Of a DNA stretch of 64,000 nt, positions 59,961-64,000 are shown piece by piece; within the stretch, counting starts at the first letter, position 1; each line of letters opens with the position of its first letter. Source of the stretch: Candidatus Woesearchaeota archaeon (GTDB lineage: Archaea > Nanobdellota > Nanobdellia > Woesearchaeales > SKIA01); the NCBI GenBank assembly GCA_043771635.1, contig JAYVHA010000019.1, positions 1,248 through 65,247 on the forward strand. The letters run 5' to 3'. Position numbers and translations under genes: made by a program. The notes beneath the pieces are model-generated. The model did no database searches. It was given only the letters and a program-made list of their open reading frames with translations, and had not been told where the DNA came from.

Positions 59961-60332
59961 TTAATCGCGAGCGAGCGCGAAAACTGCCTTAATTGCAACG
60001 ACTACTGTTGCCGGAACAAACAGAGTCATTAGGTTTGTGAATGCACTCACAAGCCAGCCACCGAAAAATCCGCCAAGCGTCGAGAACGAGCTTACAGCTG
60101 CCGTACTTACGAAAACGAGAATCGCTGACGTAATTAGGAACTGGTGCGTTTCGCTGCCGGAGACGTTAAGCCAACCAACTGCAATACCGATGATTACAAG
60201 TGCTATTGCAAGCCACTGGTCCACTGCTGGGCCAACGCTTACGAAGCCAAGTAGAAGTGCTACGATTACACCGATGGTGAATGCCCAACTACCTACCATA
60301 TTTGAAGATTTCTTTGCCATTGTATTATTCAC
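59961..60332 (-). CDS. small 4-TM conserved membrane protein
   Basis: 'GSWAF.IG', 'VGWLNV...E...FL', 'FVPA..VVAIK'. Confidence 0.75.
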   Translation of the reverse strand: MNNTMAKKSSNMVGSWAFTIGVIVALLLGFVSVGPAVDQWLAIALVIIGIAVGWLNVSGSETHQFLITSAILVFVSTAAVSSFSTLGGFFGGWLVSAFTNLMTLFVPATVVVAIKAVFALARD

Positions 60333-60541
60333 CCCCTAGTGAATTGTGATATGGGAGAGGAGGGTGTTTTTATACTTATCGTGGCCATGTAACAGGGACA
60401 AATAACGAATTAGTGATAAAAAGTTAGTCCGACAATATACCATGAATTCGAGTTTAAGTTATTTCTTCGACGACAAAATATATCATCACTATTCGCAAGT
60501 GGTGCTTTTAGTCTTAAATAATCCACAAGTAATCAAAACTC

Positions 60542-61456
60542 ATGTTAGTTACTACTGACGCAATGCTCAAAGCTGCGCAAAAAGGCGGTTACGCCGTTGG
60601 CCACTTCAATACAAGCGACCTTGAGTTCACTCAAGCAATTATTGAGGCAGCAACCGAGCTGAAAAGCCCAGTTATTATTGCGACCAGCGTTAAAGCGCTT
60701 GAATTCGCCGGCACCTCAAACATCGCTGCAATAGTGCGAAAGCTTGCCGACGAGGCAGCGGTGCCTATTGCCCTGCACCTAGACCACGGACCAAATCTGA
60801 AATGGGTAGAAGAATGCCTAGAAAACGGCTACACCTCAATCATGCTAGATGCGTCCAGCAAGCCATACGAAGAAAATGTTGCGCTCACGAAGTTCGCAGT
60901 GGAACTTGCAGCCATCAAAGGCGTACCTGTTGAAGCCGAGCTCGGTGTGCTCAAAGGCGTTGAAGATGATGTGCAAGCAGCCGAGCACATCTATACAGAC
61001 CCTGCAGTTGCAGCCCGCTTCGTCGCAGAGACAGGCTGCAAGTCGCTTGCCGTAGCAATAGGCACAAGCCACGGCGCATACAAGTTTCACGGGTCAGCGC
61101 ACCTAGACCTTGATCGCCTGGCGGCAATCCGAAAAGTAGTCCACATACCACTTGTACTTCATGGCGCAAGCGCAGTGCCACAAGAGCTACTCGTCACAGC
61201 CAATCAGTACGGCGGAAAAATTATGGACGCACAAGGCGTACCTGCAGAAGCTATACGCGCCGCAATCGAGCGCGGTATTTGTAAGGTAAATACAGATACG
61301 GATGTGCGGCTCGCGTTTACTGCAGCGGCGAGAAAGTTCTATGCAGATCATCCAGCAGACTTTGATCCGCGCTCGCTACTCGCAGTTACGCGCGCAGCAG
61401 TCAAAGCTATGGTGGCAGACCGCATTAGATTGTTTGGAAGCGACGGCAAAGCATGA
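60542..61456 (+). CDS. fba: class II fructose-1,6-bisphosphate aldolase
   Basis: YAVGHFN, LHLDHG, VEAELG, AIGTSHGAYK, LVLHGAS, KVNTDTD. Confidence 0.95.
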   Translation: MLVTTDAMLKAAQKGGYAVGHFNTSDLEFTQAIIEAATELKSPVIIATSVKALEFAGTSNIAAIVRKLADEAAVPIALHLDHGPNLKWVEECLENGYTSIMLDASSKPYEENVALTKFAVELAAIKGVPVEAELGVLKGVEDDVQAAEHIYTDPAVAARFVAETGCKSLAVAIGTSHGAYKFHGSAHLDLDRLAAIRKVVHIPLVLHGASAVPQELLVTANQYGGKIMDAQGVPAEAIRAAIERGICKVNTDTDVRLAFTAAARKFYADHPADFDPRSLLAVTRAAVKAMVADRIRLFGSDGKA

Positions 61457-62637
61457 AAACGCTCCCACATATGACAAGCACAATATTAGTTCTTAATGCG
61501 GGCTCGAGCTCTCTAAAGTATAAATTATTTCAGGGCGAAACAGAACTACTTGCAGGTATGATTGACAGTATTGGACATAATGGCACTAGTTCAGTGCGCA
61601 CCAACGAGATAACACGTAGTTCTGCGCGTAGCACGCCGAATCATGATGACGCGATAGCTGCAGCACTAGCTACAGTGCAAGAAATATTTCCGCATGAACA
61701 AATAGACTATGTAGCGCACCGCGTTGTTCACGGCGGAGAGAATTTTACGCACCACACCGTAATTAACAAAGATATTGAGGAAGGCATACAAGAACTTGCC
61801 AAACTCGCACCACTTCATAACCCTGCGAATTTAGCAGGAATTAAAGCAGCACGCGCAGCATTACCTGATGCTACTCACATCGCATGTTTCGACACAGCGT
61901 TTCACCACACCATTCCAAAGTTCGCGTTTTTGTACGGCCTTCCTTATGCACTCTACACAGATTATGGAATTCGAAAATATGGCTTTCACGGTCTCTCTCA
62001 CGAGTACTGCGCGCAGCGAGCGTATGAAATAACCCACCATAGCGACCGCATAATTACTTGTCACCTGGGTGCAGGCAGCTCTATTTGCGCAGTACATAAT
62101 GGTCGTAGCCACGATACAACAATGGGCTTTACACCACTTGACGGATTACTAATGGCAACACGAGCAGGGGAGCTCGACCCAGACATTCCACTCTACCTTA
62201 TGGAGACACACAATTTAACTTCGCAGCAAGTTCGTAACCTTCTCAACAATGAATCAGGACTTAAAGGCCTCACTGGCAGCGGAGACTTACGCGAGGTTAA
62301 GAGACGATCGGACGCCGGCGAGAGTATGGCACAAACAGCAATAGAAATGATGTGCTACCGAATTGCGCTAAATATTGGTTCATACCACATCACGCTTGGC
62401 GGCGTGCGCGCAATCACGTTTACCGGGGGCATAGGCGAAAATGCAAGCTTCATACGCTCGCGCGTTTGTTCGCTACTTGCGCCACTCGGCGTCGTTATTG
62501 ATGACGCTGCGAATGCGCGCGGACACGACAAGATTAGTACCAGTCACTCCGCCGTTTCAGTTCATGTTATTCCTGCGAATGAAGAACTGCACATGGCACG
62601 CATCGTTCTTGCTGGACGATTTACCAATTATTCTTAG
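61453..62637 (+). CDS. ackA: acetate kinase
   Basis: LNAGSSSLKY, HRVVHGG, APLHNP, FDTAFH, YGFHGLSH, MGFTPLDG, FTGGIGEN. Confidence 0.96.
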   Translation: MKTLPHMTSTILVLNAGSSSLKYKLFQGETELLAGMIDSIGHNGTSSVRTNEITRSSARSTPNHDDAIAAALATVQEIFPHEQIDYVAHRVVHGGENFTHHTVINKDIEEGIQELAKLAPLHNPANLAGIKAARAALPDATHIACFDTAFHHTIPKFAFLYGLPYALYTDYGIRKYGFHGLSHEYCAQRAYEITHHSDRIITCHLGAGSSICAVHNGRSHDTTMGFTPLDGLLMATRAGELDPDIPLYLMETHNLTSQQVRNLLNNESGLKGLTGSGDLREVKRRSDAGESMAQTAIEMMCYRIALNIGSYHITLGGVRAITFTGGIGENASFIRSRVCSLLAPLGVVIDDAANARGHDKISTSHSAVSVHVIPANEELHMARIVLAGRFTNYS

Positions 62638-62710
62638 AGAGTTTTGACGACGAGGAATTCTGGAACTGACAGGCGCAAATAATATAAATCCCTGTCGGGT
62701 AACCGATATT

Positions 62711-63028
62711 ATGGTAACTGCAGTCACGAGCGAAACATTTTCCACCGAAGTAACTAAGGCAAAGGGCATTGTTGTAGCGGACTTTTGGGCAGAGTGGTGC
62801 GGACCCTGCAAGATGTATGGACCGAAGTTCGTAAAATTCGCGGAGGCGAACGCAACCCGCGCCAAGTTCGTGAAAGTAAATGTTGAAGACGCTGAGCAAA
62901 TTGCATCGCAATTCGGCGTGCAAAGCATCCCAACCACAATTTTCTTTAAAGATGGCAAAGAAATACTACGCGAGACCGGCATTCTCTCCGAGCAATATCT
63001 TGACGACGCAATTAAGAGCTTACACTAG
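62711..63028 (+). CDS. trxA: thioredoxin
   Basis: DFWAEWCGPCK, SIPT. Confidence 0.95.
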   Translation: MVTAVTSETFSTEVTKAKGIVVADFWAEWCGPCKMYGPKFVKFAEANATRAKFVKVNVEDAEQIASQFGVQSIPTTIFFKDGKEILRETGILSEQYLDDAIKSLH

Positions 63029-63079
63029 ATATTCCAACTCTAAGCTTTAGCAACTCTAAGCTCTTACATTTTTTTGGCA

Positions 63080-64000
63080 CTAGCAATATTTTTGTAGTTT
63101 ACCAGAATATAAGTTATGAACATTGTGTGCGAACGGTAAGCGCGCCGAATTGTAAACGGGTACTACTGACGAAATTCCTGTGTAGGAATTATAATTCTCA
63201 ATAACACGAATAATATCTTTGCAGTTATTGACCTCAAGATTCGCGTTACTAAATTCGCCGAATGGTAGGTCGGTGCTGTATCGAGCTAATAAGTACTGAG
63301 TTAAGCGTGCATCGGCTAGAACAGTGCCAGCGATTACGTCAGGATCGCGCTCAGTATGCTCAACGCCGAGTGCCACCCAATCCATACGAGAACCGTCAGT
63401 TCTACGGCCACGCGAGAGTACAAGTGGCGGGCGCACAATTCGGCGAGTTTGTCTGCCTTTAGTTTGTACGGATGCTCTAGATATTCCAAATTGACCTAAT
63501 TGAAGATGCTGTACGGCTGCTTGGTAATGGCCTATTACAGCCGTGTCTCCGAGCGCGTACATCGCTTGCAGTTCATCAATAAGCCAAGCATTACTTTCCT
63601 CTTGTGCAGCAGTTAATCCCTTAGCACTCATACCTTCATTTTCAATATTAATGGCAGAACGCGCAATATTATGGTCGCCGTTCCAAACGCTAGCACCAAG
63701 TCCATCACTACTTACACTTAGAGGAAGTAACTGATAAATCACTCCATTAAGAGTGACCGCAAAATGAGCATTAGCATTTAGTAGCATCTTTCCCATACTG
63801 CCACACATAGAGCCCTCCATGGTATGCTCTACAATAACTTTTGGAGCATCTAATGCGCCTAAGAATTTTCGCTTATTTTTTAGTAGCGACTCGTAACCAT
63901 CCGCAGGCATCAAAAAGTTAGTACGAATACGACCAACAGTAGTATTATCAGTTTCAGTATCTAATTCGCGTTGACACCAGCCTCTAATTTCATTTACCTC
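63080..64000 (-). CDS. N-acetylmuramoyl-L-alanine amidase (Amidase_2/AmpD-like), 5' end outside window
   Basis: IVEHT, AHFAV...G.IYQLL, G.SVWNG, INIENEG, TAAQ, VIGH, RTD; frame stays open to 64000. Confidence 0.75.
   Translation of the reverse strand, partial: EVNEIRGWCQRELDTETDNTTVGRIRTNFLMPADGYESLLKNKRKFLGALDAPKVIVEHTMEGSMCGSMGKMLLNANAHFAVTLNGVIYQLLPLSVSSDGLGASVWNGDHNIARSAINIENEGMSAKGLTAAQEESNAWLIDELQAMYALGDTAVIGHYQAAVQHLQLGQFGISRASVQTKGRQTRRIVRPPLVLSRGRRTDGSRMDWVALGVEHTERDPDVIAGTVLADARLTQYLLARYSTDLPFGEFSNANLEVNNCKDIIRVIENYNSYTGISSVVPVYNSARLPFAHNVHNLYSGKLQKYC

Noticed and set aside
63035..63065. 12-bp direct repeat caactctaagct x2 after trxA
   Set aside because: Only two copies between convergent genes; most likely terminator-associated or a chance micro-duplication

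Overview
Archaeal chromosomal segment, most consistent with a DPANN (Woesearchaeales-like) genome. Archaeal markers (A/V-type ATP synthase E-C-F-A-B-D, Cdc48, GatD/GatE, CarS, Hel308-like, TopA, TATA-type promoters) sit beside bacterial-type fermentation and salvage genes (GH15, ROK kinase, class II FBA, AckA, thymidine kinase, Adk). The taxonomy is inferred from gene content only. There are four intron-less tRNAs (Arg-CCT, Thr-TGT, Asn-GTT, Ile-GAT). The main feature is a ~19 kb, almost entirely minus-strand block (30.4-49.1 kb). It joins a MoxR/DUF58/vWA module to about a dozen predicted surface proteins. Shared motifs in these proteins (N-terminal TM + TGRxT + beta-strand; FGxxxP / NxGNV / terminal TLTF strand) suggest an undescribed donor-strand-type pilus or fibre system. 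The candidate parts are duplicated major subunits, a tip, an anchor, a strand-only mini-protein and two DUF916/PapD-like membrane proteins. Two tiny ribbon-helix-helix genes missed by the ORF track lie within the block. Other oddities: a peptidoglycan amidase-like gene, a Hel308 lacking its ATPase domain, a tandem Cc1-like chromatin protein with an H1-like tail, a SET protein, and a partly disrupted redox islet. All protein calls come from motif recognition by eye; no database searches were run.
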